DNA of 64,000 nt from a virus. A model generated the notes under the pieces. The model worked only from the letters and a program-made list of their open reading frames with translations, was not told the DNA's origin and did not search any database. The DNA is taken from positions 1-64,000 of IMG/VR virus record IMGVR_UViG_3300007863_000001; one strand, 5' to 3'. Shown one piece after another: positions 46,001 through 57,200 of the stretch; the first letter of the stretch is position 1; each line of letters begins with the position of its first letter. The translations under genes and the position numbers were made by a program.

Positions 46001-48261
46001 GAACAGACGATACCAAAGTACTATTTACAGTTGGTGGTGGTGCTACATTAGCATCAACACCTTCACCCCATATTGGATCTGGTGTTCTATTCAACTTTGT
46101 TAGTGCAGACGAAAGTAAAACATTCAGGCACATTTCTGATGACAGCACTGGACTCAGAATTTCTGGTGAAGTATCAGACCTTGCAAGTACCGTTGATGAA
46201 GTTGGTGTTGGAAGACTATTTGCTGCAACAGGTGCTGCAGAAACCTTTGGTGCAAATCCGTTCATACCACCCGCATTATTCAGATTCAAGAGTGGTTCAA
46301 CAGAGAGTTTCACCCCAGCACCAGAAATTGGTACAGGGATTGTTTCACCAAGAAGATCTTCTGCAATCTTCGACCCAGAAGAGAAGATTCGTCTGGTCGG
46401 TGCGACAGAATCTACTACCACTAATCTTGATATTCCAGCATCTGGATTTAGTATTAAGGCACCTCCAGTTAGAATCTACTTCCAATATGGAGAGATAGGT
46501 GGTGGCAGATTAACACTTAGTGGTGAAGCATTTATTAGAACCAACCCAAGACACTTTGGTGATGGTAGATTTGCTATTAATGGTATTGGTAATGAAGCAA
46601 TTGTACCATTTATTCCACCTGGTTCTGGTTCACTATTCTCATTTGTCAATGGTGATGAATCAACTACACCTGCGACTCATATTGGGCAAGGCAATCTATT
46701 CAGACCTCGCGGTCAAGCATTCGCTCAATTCCCAAGAGGATTTACTGGTAATGGTCTGATAAGAGTCAATGTTGAAACTGGAATCATAGTAATTTGGGAT
46801 TACCCAGTCAATCTAACAATTCCTGTTAGAGGTGAGTCTGATAATGCAATCACATATGATTATAATGGATCTGGTAAATTTACCATTTCAGATGAGTCTG
46901 CTAACTACTTTGCTAATAGGTTCTTCTCATTCTCTGGTGGATTCAGCATACTTGGCAATGCAAGAGTTCGTACTCCTAGAGCTCACAGTGGTTCTGGTAC
47001 ATTATTTGCATTCGATAGTTCTGCTGAAAATACTGGAGCAAATCCACCAGATAGAACTCTACCAATTAGACTCATTGGTACTGCTAATGAGTCTAAGACT
47101 GAAATCTTTAATGGTTCTGGATTTATTACTTCTGCAGAGAAGAGAGCAGAAAGAGTACTTCGTTATACTGGTCTTTCTTCACCACAAATTTCACAGTATG
47201 CAAATACTCCAATTAGTGATATTTCTGATGAAGTTATTTCAGAATTCCTACAAGAGGGACTACTTGAAGAGTACGCATTAGCAAGTGCCAATGAATCCTT
47301 TGTTTCTGCACCTCCAACTAAGGATAGTGCAATCACAATTGAAGGTTCTCGTGAAAATGAGAATGCATCATCTGATTATGTTGGTTCTGGATCTCTATTC
47401 ACATTCGATAGTTCTTCGGAATCTACTCTATACAGTCCAATTGGTGAAATTACTCTCTTCGAGTTTGAAGGCAATCTTGAAGAATCAAGAGCATTCAGTT
47501 ACTCGGAAAAAACACAAGGACTATTTGGGAAGGATACCAATCTTCCAAAACCATTTGGTCAGCAATTTGTATTTGGTTCTGCATATGTGGTTTCCACATC
47601 AGCAGAAGAATCGAAAGACAAGGCATTTGAGTTTAATGGTGGTATTTCTACAGAAATATTTGCTCCTGCAAACAAAGCAGAAGGTGGATTATTCGGATTC
47701 AATTCATCCACAGAATCCGTACTCTACAGTCCAATTGGTGAAATTACTCTCTTCGAGTTTGAAGGAAATTCGGACGAAAGTATAACAGCAGTTAATATTG
47801 GTTCTGGTTCACTCTTCGGATTTGTAAGTAGTGCAGAGTCTGCTCTCGTAGAACCACCATTAGAAACTTTACTTCTCAATATTACTGGTTCTGCAGCAGA
47901 AAGAATTACTCCTGCACCACATTCTGGTTCTGGAACAGTATTCGCATTTGTTGGTTCAGCAGAAAGCAAGACTTCAGCAGAAGATAAGAAAGTACTCTTC
48001 AGATTCAACATTGAAGGTGTTGAACGTAGTGTATCTGTATTTGAAGGTTCGGGAACAATCACTTCGTTTGTTGGTTCCGCAAATGCAGTTACATTCGATT
48101 ATCCACTCACTCAAAAGATTCTCAAAATATTTGGAACCAAATTGGAATCTTTCGCAAGAGCAAATTACGATGGAGAATGTACAACAGAATTTGTTGGTGC
48201 ATCAGGTGACAAAGTTGTAGAATTTGAGTCACCAAAACCAACCAGACTCTATATCATCTAA
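43066..48261 (+). CDS. Large acidic repeat protein, probably virion-associated
   Basis: Dozens of G[ST]G[ST]LF.F...E..T strands and D[FY]G.I motifs. Confidence 0.7.
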   Translation: MAVYTHTTESQSIFQIQTPTFAIESGSFAYNQDSGLYITIVDYGDILDGIDAEIDSGNIFENISYIEDYGDILAETDPAFGKIDTLDSKSITKFALGHIGGGIIFALQGGSVSSFSNAYIGYDGNIFDINDSSELAFSYGHIGSGELSTIIGAAERVTSSFNISSVALFALEDYNLISESAVEAEDYEYISNDIIKLFEDYNTITITSQDNPFGLFRVAGDASRFTRFSLTTNDPITQAIQYHGTGNEAIVPFIPPGSGKFGISGGLSKESFTPSTEIGSGTISNFVTKEERASFSYNQSAQNFLTDEDFGFISESSPTISSYANTQISTLANEIVSTFTVAGNIDSDDFGIISELVNRPDSEDFGLITSQDDKPFGLFRFEGDTSKTVTFILTANPEGGSLFGFGGGAEAVVPVIPLKSGLFNFFGTAEERITPAPAVGTGSLFNFISKEERRTFSYNGSSVVEQDDIDFGFVSEAHVDQDDFGIISELVNRPDSEDFGFISTVQNRPYGSLRFEGDNAKTTRIRLRYPGSGRLFAASGSAETFGTKEEAKVLFRFAGDSTQSASLGHIGSGSLFNIITTDKSRTFSYNGSSVTGTRIDDYRLINESAVEFEDYGTVTDFPESGIYDTITYHQEDYGLISVPVGESRRPFGRFRFAGNLEESTTPTTEIGSGSLFGFVGSAESSGAKEEVSTLFTFAGAVTQSFTPAPAVGTGSLFNFISKEERRTFSYNGSSVVTQDDIDFGFISEAHSDQDDFGIISELVNRPDSEDFGFISTVQSRPFGRFKFTGDASKGVRFRVRTSGGGSLFAFGGGNEATVPFIPARFVLFAVAGAVTQSFTPAPEIGTGTLFNFVTKEERRTYSYNGSSVVTQEDIDYGFINDIAVTPSPSISTYASTPISDIADEVVSTFGVVGDYDDYGSIGEIVNAPGSADYGILDSVDKRPFGGFRFSGKLTEKYTPDYPGSGSLFGFDGSGEVVSRTDDTKVLFTVGGGATLASTPSPHIGSGVLFNFVSADESKTFRHISDDSTGLRISGEVSDLASTVDEVGVGRLFAATGAAETFGANPFIPPALFRFKSGSTESFTPAPEIGTGIVSPRRSSAIFDPEEKIRLVGATESTTTNLDIPASGFSIKAPPVRIYFQYGEIGGGRLTLSGEAFIRTNPRHFGDGRFAINGIGNEAIVPFIPPGSGSLFSFVNGDESTTPATHIGQGNLFRPRGQAFAQFPRGFTGNGLIRVNVETGIIVIWDYPVNLTIPVRGESDNAITYDYNGSGKFTISDESANYFANRFFSFSGGFSILGNARVRTPRAHSGSGTLFAFDSSAENTGANPPDRTLPIRLIGTANESKTEIFNGSGFITSAEKRAERVLRYTGLSSPQISQYANTPISDISDEVISEFLQEGLLEEYALASANESFVSAPPTKDSAITIEGSRENENASSDYVGSGSLFTFDSSSESTLYSPIGEITLFEFEGNLEESRAFSYSEKTQGLFGKDTNLPKPFGQQFVFGSAYVVSTSAEESKDKAFEFNGGISTEIFAPANKAEGGLFGFNSSTESVLYSPIGEITLFEFEGNSDESITAVNIGSGSLFGFVSSAESALVEPPLETLLLNITGSAAERITPAPHSGSGTVFAFVGSAESKTSAEDKKVLFRFNIEGVERSVSVFEGSGTITSFVGSANAVTFDYPLTQKILKIFGTKLESFARANYDGECTTEFVGASGDKVVEFESPKPTRLYII
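44110..45413 (+). repeat. Near-identical intragenic DNA repeats
   Basis: 35-nt gactttggtattatttcagaattggttaatagacc is exact at 44110, 44512 and 45328; a block of about 230 nt at 44364 recurs at 45180 (offset 816). Confidence 0.9.
47431..47765 (+). repeat. 41-nt exact direct repeat
   Basis: tacagtccaattggtgaaattactctcttcgagtttgaagg at 47431 and 47725. Confidence 0.9.
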
Positions 48262-48297
48262 ATACCATTATAGAAGTAGTGTGTCTTTATTTGTTAG

Positions 48298-51144
48298 ATG
48301 TCTAATAACGCTAAACGGGTTTTATTTAGGAAGGGGACAACTTCCGATCACCAGTTATTTACTGGGGCAAGGGGGGAAATAACTGTAGATGTCACTAGAA
48401 ATATTGCAATTGTTCATAATGGAATTACCACTGGTGGTCATGAACTCGTAGGTGTTGCTGCAACTGGACAATCAATAACAAATAAAGATTCAATTGGTAT
48501 AGGAACAGCAATAGCAGATTCTGCACTGACTGTAGAAGGAGATGCAAGAGTTAGTGGAATAGTCACTACAAATAGTTTAGACGCCGTTAATATACTTGTA
48601 GGTATATTAACGGGAACAGACAATAATATCATATCATTATCTACTAGCATCATTCCCAATGTAAATGAAACTTATGATTTAGGAAGTTTAACAAATAGAT
48701 TTCGTGATTTATATTTAAGTGGGAATACATTAAAACTAGGTGATGCATCTTTTTCATCATCTTCAGAGACACTAAGTCTTTCTGGTGTGGGACTTGGAGT
48801 TAGTCATCTTAATGCAGAATCACTTAATATTACTGGTATTGCAACATTTCAACATGTTGATCTTAATAATGTAAGTGTTGTTGGTGTTTCTACATTTATT
48901 GGAACAACAGAAGTTAAGGACTCATCATTCAAAGTTACAAATTCTAGTGCATCAGGTCATTATTTACAAATAACTCAAAATGCTAATGATTCATTAAATC
49001 TGGACAAGGTTGGTGATGGTGCCTTTTTCATTGGGGGAAATAACATATACCTCAAGAATGATGGAAATAATGAAGTTTATGCTGGTTTTGAAGCAAATAG
49101 TAGATCATATTTAAATTATGATGGTTCTACCAAACTTGAAACCACTGCCTCTGGTATTGATGTAGATGGTCATACTGAACTTGATAACGTAAATGTATCT
49201 GGTGCTACAACTACTGCATCGTTAAATGTAACTGGAACATCATTATTTCAGGGAAATGTTGATTTAAGTGATAATGTAAATCTTAGGATAGGAACAGGAA
49301 ATGATTTACAATTATATCATGATTCAAATAACAGTTATATAAGCAATATAGTTGGAAATCTCTATATTACAGATAATGGTGGAAGTATTTTTGTACAACC
49401 ACAAAGTGGAGAAAATTCTGCAGTATTTAATGGAAACACTAGTGTAGAACTTTATTATAATGGTGCTAAGAAATTTGAGACTTCAATCGCAGGTGTAGGC
49501 GTAACTGGTAATTTGGTAGTCACGGGTAATGTTGTTGCAACAACATTAAGTGGTAGTCTACCGACAACTGATCTTGCTGGAACTATTGCCAATACACAAC
49601 TAGCAGGTTCTATACCATATGCCAAACTACAGAACGTAAGTAATACCAGTAGAATTCTTGGTAGAGATAGTGCTGGTGCTGGTGTAATTGAAGAAATAAC
49701 ACCAGCAAATTTACGTACTATGCTTGGTATCGAAGCAGGTGCTACTGCGGATCAGACTAAAGCAGATATTGATGCGTTAAATATTAATGCCAGTACTTCT
49801 ACCAAAGCATATGTAACAGAGAGTGATGGTGATACGGTTAATAGAGGTCTTGTTTTCTGTGACGCAGCAAATAATGCTAGTGGAAATAAAGACCTGAAGT
49901 ATGATAGGAATTTAACGTATAATGCAAGCTCTAATACACTTTATACCACTAAGTTTCAGGGAACTGAAGTAAACATATCAACAATTTCTCTTGGTGGATC
50001 AACTGGTACAAATGGGCAATATATCAAATCAACTGGTTCTGGTGCTACATGGTCACAAGTAGACGCTACTACATTAGGCGGTTTAAACCTTCATACTGGT
50101 AGAAACGATGATGCCAATAAAGTTGTAAGAACCCAGGGCAATGGATACTGCGAATTCGGTTGGATCAATACAACATCCGGGGCACACACAAGCACAGTAA
50201 CAAAGGTATATTCAACATATACAACTGACGGATATATCCGATATTGTACGCCAAATCATTTGGCAAATTCAATGACGAATGTATTACATTCTGATGCTGC
50301 TGATACTTTCTCTGGCGATTTAACATCCTCTGGTAGTGCTCGTATTCTTCTAAAGAAAACAGATAATAATGTTTCTGATCATATTATTTTCTACAACGGA
50401 ACCACAAGGATGGGTGAGATTGGATGCGAAGATACTACTTGGTTAAGAATTAATCAGGAAACTGATAAGAACATCTACACCCCTCGATACATACGTGCAG
50501 ATGCTGGTTTCTTTGTTGATGGCACGACAAAAGGTATTAACGGTTCTGGTAACTTTATTGGAGGTACAATTGCAGGTGCTTCTGACTACGGAACTCTCTT
50601 GAGATCAAATGCTGATGATTCAGCATCTGGAACTATTACTTTTAACGGTCGAGTAAACATCAGAGGTCACATAGATTTATCAGATAACGAATATCTCTAT
50701 TTTGGAAGTGGTGATGATGTTGAGATGTTCTGTAATGGTTCACATATGTATATGGACCTTAACAGCGGAATCGGTAACTTCTACATCCGTGATGGTTCAA
50801 CAACACGTTTTACCTTTGATGATAATGGAAGTTTTACCGCTTCAAGTAACGTAACGGCTTATTCTGACATCACTCTGAAGAAAAACATTGAAGTTATTCC
50901 CAATGCCCTTGATAAGGTGATGCAACTACGTGGTATTACTTTTGATCGTAAAGATATTGAAACTTCACGTCAGTCAGGTGTGATTGCACAAGAGGTCGAG
51001 AAAGTTCTTCCTGAAGTAGTTGCCACCAACGATGAAGGTATAAAATCGGTTGCTTATGGTAATATGGTTGGTTTATTAATTGAAGCAATCAAAGAACAGC
51101 AGCAACAAATTGATGAATTGAAAAGAAAACTAGAAGAAAAATAA
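48298..51144 (+). CDS. Tail fibre: Mtd_N-like anchor, knob repeats and C-terminal S74 intramolecular chaperone
   Basis: VLFRKGT...H..FTGA.GEITVD...VH.G.T.GG; AY|SDITLKKNI...GVIAQEVEKVLPE...VAYGNMVGLLIEAIKE. Confidence 0.88.
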   Translation: MSNNAKRVLFRKGTTSDHQLFTGARGEITVDVTRNIAIVHNGITTGGHELVGVAATGQSITNKDSIGIGTAIADSALTVEGDARVSGIVTTNSLDAVNILVGILTGTDNNIISLSTSIIPNVNETYDLGSLTNRFRDLYLSGNTLKLGDASFSSSSETLSLSGVGLGVSHLNAESLNITGIATFQHVDLNNVSVVGVSTFIGTTEVKDSSFKVTNSSASGHYLQITQNANDSLNLDKVGDGAFFIGGNNIYLKNDGNNEVYAGFEANSRSYLNYDGSTKLETTASGIDVDGHTELDNVNVSGATTTASLNVTGTSLFQGNVDLSDNVNLRIGTGNDLQLYHDSNNSYISNIVGNLYITDNGGSIFVQPQSGENSAVFNGNTSVELYYNGAKKFETSIAGVGVTGNLVVTGNVVATTLSGSLPTTDLAGTIANTQLAGSIPYAKLQNVSNTSRILGRDSAGAGVIEEITPANLRTMLGIEAGATADQTKADIDALNINASTSTKAYVTESDGDTVNRGLVFCDAANNASGNKDLKYDRNLTYNASSNTLYTTKFQGTEVNISTISLGGSTGTNGQYIKSTGSGATWSQVDATTLGGLNLHTGRNDDANKVVRTQGNGYCEFGWINTTSGAHTSTVTKVYSTYTTDGYIRYCTPNHLANSMTNVLHSDAADTFSGDLTSSGSARILLKKTDNNVSDHIIFYNGTTRMGEIGCEDTTWLRINQETDKNIYTPRYIRADAGFFVDGTTKGINGSGNFIGGTIAGASDYGTLLRSNADDSASGTITFNGRVNIRGHIDLSDNEYLYFGSGDDVEMFCNGSHMYMDLNSGIGNFYIRDGSTTRFTFDDNGSFTASSNVTAYSDITLKKNIEVIPNALDKVMQLRGITFDRKDIETSRQSGVIAQEVEKVLPEVVATNDEGIKSVAYGNMVGLLIEAIKEQQQQIDELKRKLEEK

Positions 51145-51193
51145 TAATCCATAAAAAATTTGACTTTTGGTAAAAAACACCAGAAAGAATATT

Positions 51194-51201
51194 GATAAAT
51201 A
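51194..51201 (+). promoter_or_regulatory. T4-type late promoter
   Basis: GATAAATA upstream of the ATG at 51236. Confidence 0.6.
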
Positions 51202-51235
51202 ACAATATAGAAATCCGTTGTCAGTTGGTAAAGTA

Positions 51236-54200
51236 ATGGCAAATACGAAAAGAGTACAGTTTAGAAGAGGAACCGATGCTGAACACCAGGTGTTCACTGG
51301 TGCTCCTGGTGAAATAACTGTTAATACCTCTAATAATTCCATCCATGTTCATGATGGAGTTACTCCTGCGGGAGTAGCAGCAGCAAGGTCCGACTTCAAT
51401 AATGTGACTGCTGGTATTATTACTGGTTCTCTAAGAGTTGGTGGAGCAAATACACTGGGAACTCACAGTTATGAGATGACTGTTGGAGTGGGAGAAACTG
51501 CAGGTGTTATAATAGATGGTGGTGTAGATATTTACGGTAGTCAGAATATCGTAGGAAGTTCTACTATTACTGATGGAAATTTCTCTGTTTCTGGTGCGAC
51601 TACAACCTCAAGTTGGGGAATGACGGTTGGTCATGGAACAACGGAAGTTATCATTCAGGGTAATGCAAGAATAACTGGTATTCTTTCTGTTGGTCAGAAT
51701 ACGATTTCTATTGATGGTAATACAAATAAAATTTCAGTTATTGATCTAGAATCTGAAACCATTACTTCTAACAACTTTAACTTTGTTAGTATTGCACAAA
51801 CTACATTTACTCACTCAACAGAAACTTCAGATATTGTTGCGATAGGGGGAACTATAATTCCTGTTGTTGGACTTAATACGGTTGCAGTTGGTGATTTTGT
51901 AACTATCAGTCCATATTTTACAAATGCTAAGGTAGTTGGAATTGGTTCAACTACAGTTACAACAAGTTTCACTAAGATAATTAAATTTACTTCTGTTGTA
52001 AATGATGTAGGTGTGGGTGCAACATCATTTGCAGTTGGAAATTTAGATGGCGTAATTGTTGGTAACAGTATAGATGTTGGTAATTTTATTTCTGGTGCAT
52101 CTATTACTGGAATTTCATCCATAGCAACATCAACTACTAACACTGATTTAGAATTATTCTTAACTGTAACACAAGATGCAGATGCTGGAGCAACTCAAAT
52201 TGCAGTCGGATCTACTTCAGGTATTGGTGTAGGTAATTCTGTAACAACTGGTTCTGGTGGAACATCCTTTGTTGCAGATGGTGGCACAACAACAGAAAGA
52301 ATTACTGCTATAGGAACAATTCCAGTAGGGACAGTCAATGTAATTACAAATTCAACAAGTACTGTTGGAAGTGCTGGAACTGAAGGAGAACTATCCATTG
52401 TTGGTGGTGGAACAACTTTCTTCGTAGATAGTGCAACTAAAATTGATACAGGTTATACTGTATTAATCTCAGGTGAGTCCGATAATACAGTTGCATCCGT
52501 TAATGTAAACACTGGTCTAATTACACTCTCAACTGGTGTATCCGGGGATGTTTTTTCAGGTACTGATGTAGATTTCACGAGAATAACTGTAGGATTTACT
52601 GATTCCGTTATAGGTTCTACTCAAGCAACAAATACAGCTAGTGCTGGTGCAAACTTAATCGAAGTTAATAGTGTTGAAAATGTATCTATTGGTAGTTCTG
52701 TATCAGTAATTACTGGTGATTTATCAACAGAATTATATTTCAGAAGAATTGCTGGTATTAATACGGTCACTCCATCAATTACCATTGATGGCACTCTACC
52801 TTTTGATGTCGATGCAGCAACTACACTAGAATATACTGATAGATTAACAACTCTTCCAGCAATTACATTAGCTAATGGTGTTGGAGCTGCTGTAACTGCA
52901 AATGCAACTACACTTTCGGTTAGTAGTGCAGAGCAAAATTTTTCACCTTCTGTTTCTGTCAGTTCTGGTTCTACCGAGACAATTACCTCTGGAACACAAG
53001 TTTCAATTTCATCATTTACTAATAATGCAGATACAGTTTTAATTAGACCTGGTGCTGCATCAACTTCAGAAATTGCCTTAGCATCAACTATCGATTTCCG
53101 TCGTGAATCATCTTCCAATACAATTATCAATCCAGCATCATCAGAGATTGGTAATTTAAATGTTACTGGAATTGCAACACTTGGTGAACTAACTTACCCA
53201 ATGTTTGACGGTAAAGAGGGACAAGTTCTTCAGACAGATGGCAATGGAAATATTGTCTTTGGTGCTGGTGGTAATAGTGGTTCTGATACTATTATTTTTG
53301 TATCGTCGGTAAATGGTAATGATGAGAATGACGGTATCTTACTGCCAGTTAAGTCAATCAAAAAAGGTGCTCAGTTAGCATCTAAAGTACAAAAAACAGA
53401 AGTCAGTGTTCTCGTAGAAACTGGTGAATATCTTGAAGATAACCCTATTATCGTTTATGATAATGTTTCTATTATCGGTGACTCACTAAGAAACATTGTC
53501 GTAAGACCTTTAAATGCAGGTAAGGACTTATTTAAAGTTAGAAATGGTTGTTATATAACAGGCATGACTTTCAACGACTTCGTTGATGGTGATACTAAAG
53601 TTCCTCAGCATACTTGGGATTATGCTATTGCATTTGATGATCCATTTGATACTAATTTAGACAGAACTGGATATGCATCAACAGAAATTCTAAAACTAAC
53701 TAATGCAATTTATACCAAAGAAACTGGTATTACTACATTTACCACCGAAAAGAAACATGATTTCTATAGAGGTAATACTGCAAGAGTTGCTGGTATTGCA
53801 TGGACTTGTGGTTATGATGAAGGTGGCATTAGAAATATTAACTATGACCACGTAAGTGGTGTTTCAACACTAACTTTCTATGGTGATGCAAACTTCACTG
53901 CAAATAATGTTGGTGGAGCAACAAGTTCTAGTAAGTACTATTGGTCAGAAGGACAAAGATTATATCTCAATAACTTAATGTTTGAGTGTAGCCCAGAGCA
54001 TATTGGGTTAACAACTGGAACATATCCATATCCTGGTCTAGATGACACATATGGTGCAGTTTATCCAATTACTGGTGTTAACACTGCAACTAAGCAAATT
54101 ACAATTCAAGGTGGTGTAAGTACAATTCCTCACGTCTACAAGGCATGGGAATCTCTAGGTATTTCCACTTTTGAATATGATAACGTAAGTGGCATTTGCA

Positions 54201-57200
54201 CAATTGAAACAAGATATAGGCATAATTTAAATGATAATGACAATATTACATTAGGTAATTTACCATTTACATGTTCAGCAGAGCATACTGGTGTTACAAC
54301 ACATGTATTCCCAGATGGAACTTTAAATACATTCAACCATGATGGTTATACGTTTAAGGTACGTTCCTCTGGTATAGCAGCATCTATCACTGGAGCAGAT
54401 TATGATGGTGTAAGTGGAATCATGACGGTGACATCACCAAGTCACGGAATGTCAACTGGTGATGAACTTAGAATCGCAACTGAAGGAATATCATTCACTT
54501 GTGACCAAGACGACAACCAACAACCATCTGCATATCCTCGTGCTACAGACCCAGCAGCAGGACAATGGTTATCTGTTACTGTTATTGACGCAAATACATT
54601 ATCAGTTGATGTTGGAAATGCAGGAACCGCATCCACATCAGTTCACACTTACTCTAGTTCAACTGATTTCCCAATATCCCTCTTCCCAAATAAATTCACA
54701 GTAAATGCTGGAACATCAACAATTCCACATACTTATGAGGGATATGCACCAGAAAACATTTCTGGATTTACATATGATGCATACACTGGTATTGCAACCG
54801 TAACAACAGCAGCAACACTAAATGCTGTTGCTGGTGAGCACATAAGTTTAGTTGGTCTTCAATTAACTTGCACAGACCAATCTCTGGGAATTACGAAGGA
54901 TATTACTTTCGCAGATTACGACCATATCTCTGGTGTAACTACAATCCATACCAAAAATGCACATGACTTAAAACTAGGAAGTAAGATTCATCTAGAAGAT
55001 TTAAGATTTGAGTGTGATTATGGAATCAGTGTATATCCTAAAGGGGAATACTTCACACCAACTGATGTAAGTTACAACACGGCAAATGGTGATTTAGTAT
55101 TCACTATTGGATCTCACAGTCTTACTACTAATGATTACATCGATATTGCAGACAATTCCATTGCATTTACATGCACAATGGATGGTGGTCAAGAAGCTAA
55201 GACTTATCCAAGAGCAGGAATTGATCCATATGCTGGACGTTCCATACAAATCTCTGGAACAACTGCAACACAAATTACGGTAAATGTGGGTTCTGCAGGA
55301 ACAGATGTTTACTTTACACCAACTGGTGCAACTTATGACCCATCTACTGGTGTCATGGAAGTCACAGTTGGACAGCACGGTTTAGGTGTTGGACGTGGTG
55401 TTGTTCTAGAAGACAATTCTTTCACCTTCACTTGCCTAACTGATCCTAATGATCCTAAGACATATCCACGTTCTGGTCAGGACCCATTTGCAGGTAAGTC
55501 CATTCCTATCACATCTGTTGGTATGTCAACCCATACCGCAACAGATGCACCTTATAACGCAGGAACTGGAGCAATTACAGTTACAGTATCTGCTCATGGA
55601 TTTGCAAATGGTGACTTTGTTCTTATCGAAGACGATTCACTAACATATAACTGTGTACTTGATGGTAATGTAGAGCAGAAGTCTTATCCAAGAAAGAATT
55701 ATGACTATGCAAGTGGTAGATGGTTAAGAGTTTCAAATGTAACTACAAATACATTTGATATTAACATCGGTGCTTCTTCTTATGCTGGTGCTCATACCTT
55801 TATAAGTGCTTCATCAAATGGTGTTAAGAGACAAACAGGTACATTCACTCTTCAGGTTGGTACATCTTCTGATACCAGTGATCATACATTCGTAAGTGCA
55901 ACTGCAAATGCAATTAAGCATGAACCACAAGCAGCACATACTTTCAATGCTGCTGCAAGTAACTTAACTAACGCAGTATCGACAAGTGGCAAGGATCTAA
56001 ATGTATTATCTGTAATTAGTCCCAACAAATTTACAGTTAATGTTGGTGTTTCTACATTAGCACACACATACTTAGATAAAGGTGTTCTTAACAGATACTA
56101 TACACCTAAGAACAATGTAACTGCTGCAGATTATGACCACATTTCTGGTGTAACCACAATCACTGCACCTGGTTCATACTTTAACCCTGGTGAGATTATC
56201 TACCTAGATGGTATGACATTCTCATGTGCATACGGTACAGATACTTATCCATCAGGAAATCTTGGTTATGGATTCACTGTAACATCAGTAACAAACAATG
56301 AATTTGATACTTTCACCTTCGTGTGTAATGTTGGTGTTTCTACATTAGCACATACTTATGTAAGTGGTGGTACAGTTCAGTCGGGAATTACAACAACAAT
56401 CTTCCCAGATGGAACATCATACCCAAGAGATGCATTTGAAGTTCTTACAGTAAATAATGCTACAGAAATAGAAATTCAAGTAGGTAAGTCAGACATTCCA
56501 CACACTTACATAAGTGGTGGTACTGCACAGGTTACTCCAATTACAAGGAAGGTTGGTACTGCACAGCAAGTACAATACTATCCAGAATTAAATCGTAGTG
56601 GAAAAATCGACTTTGGTGTTGTTAACAGTCTCAATGATCTACAATTCTTAATACGTGGTGAGACTAACGAAAGAGATCACTTCTATACACAAGGTGGTCA
56701 AGTAGAATTATCTAAACCAAAGATTAACAAATCACCTTATATTCAGAATTGCTCAATTCTATCTTCTCTTGGTGGTAATGGTATTCTCGTTGATGGTGAT
56801 AAAATTATTTCCACAAATAGAGGTCTGATTCCCGAACTTGGTGAAATTCCAGTAGTTCTACCATCACCAGAATTTGGTAAGTCGATGGTTGCTGCAACCT
56901 TCACCATGATTTCATTTGGTGGTATTGGTTGGAGAACTATTAACGATGGTTATGCACAGGTTGTTTCTTGCTTCCAAATTTTCTGTGGATATGGTTCCCT
57001 CTGTCAGTCTGGTGGTTATCTCTCCATCACGAACTCCGCAACTAACTTTGGTCGTTTCTCTCTAAGAGCAACTGGTTACAGCAGAAATTCATTCGTATTC
57101 GATAGAGGAAGAGTTGTTAACACTGGTACTTCTGGTGGATTACAGACACTAAGAGTCGTTGGTCTAGGTAGAAGTGATCAGCAGTTATATGTTCTTAAGT

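Noticed and set aside
43847-48220. Chain of alternative-frame + strand ORFs (L/Q/H-rich) suggesting an overlapping gene or programmed frameshift
   Set aside because: They are the expected off-frame read of repetitive codons, broken by stops, and the main frame is uninterrupted.
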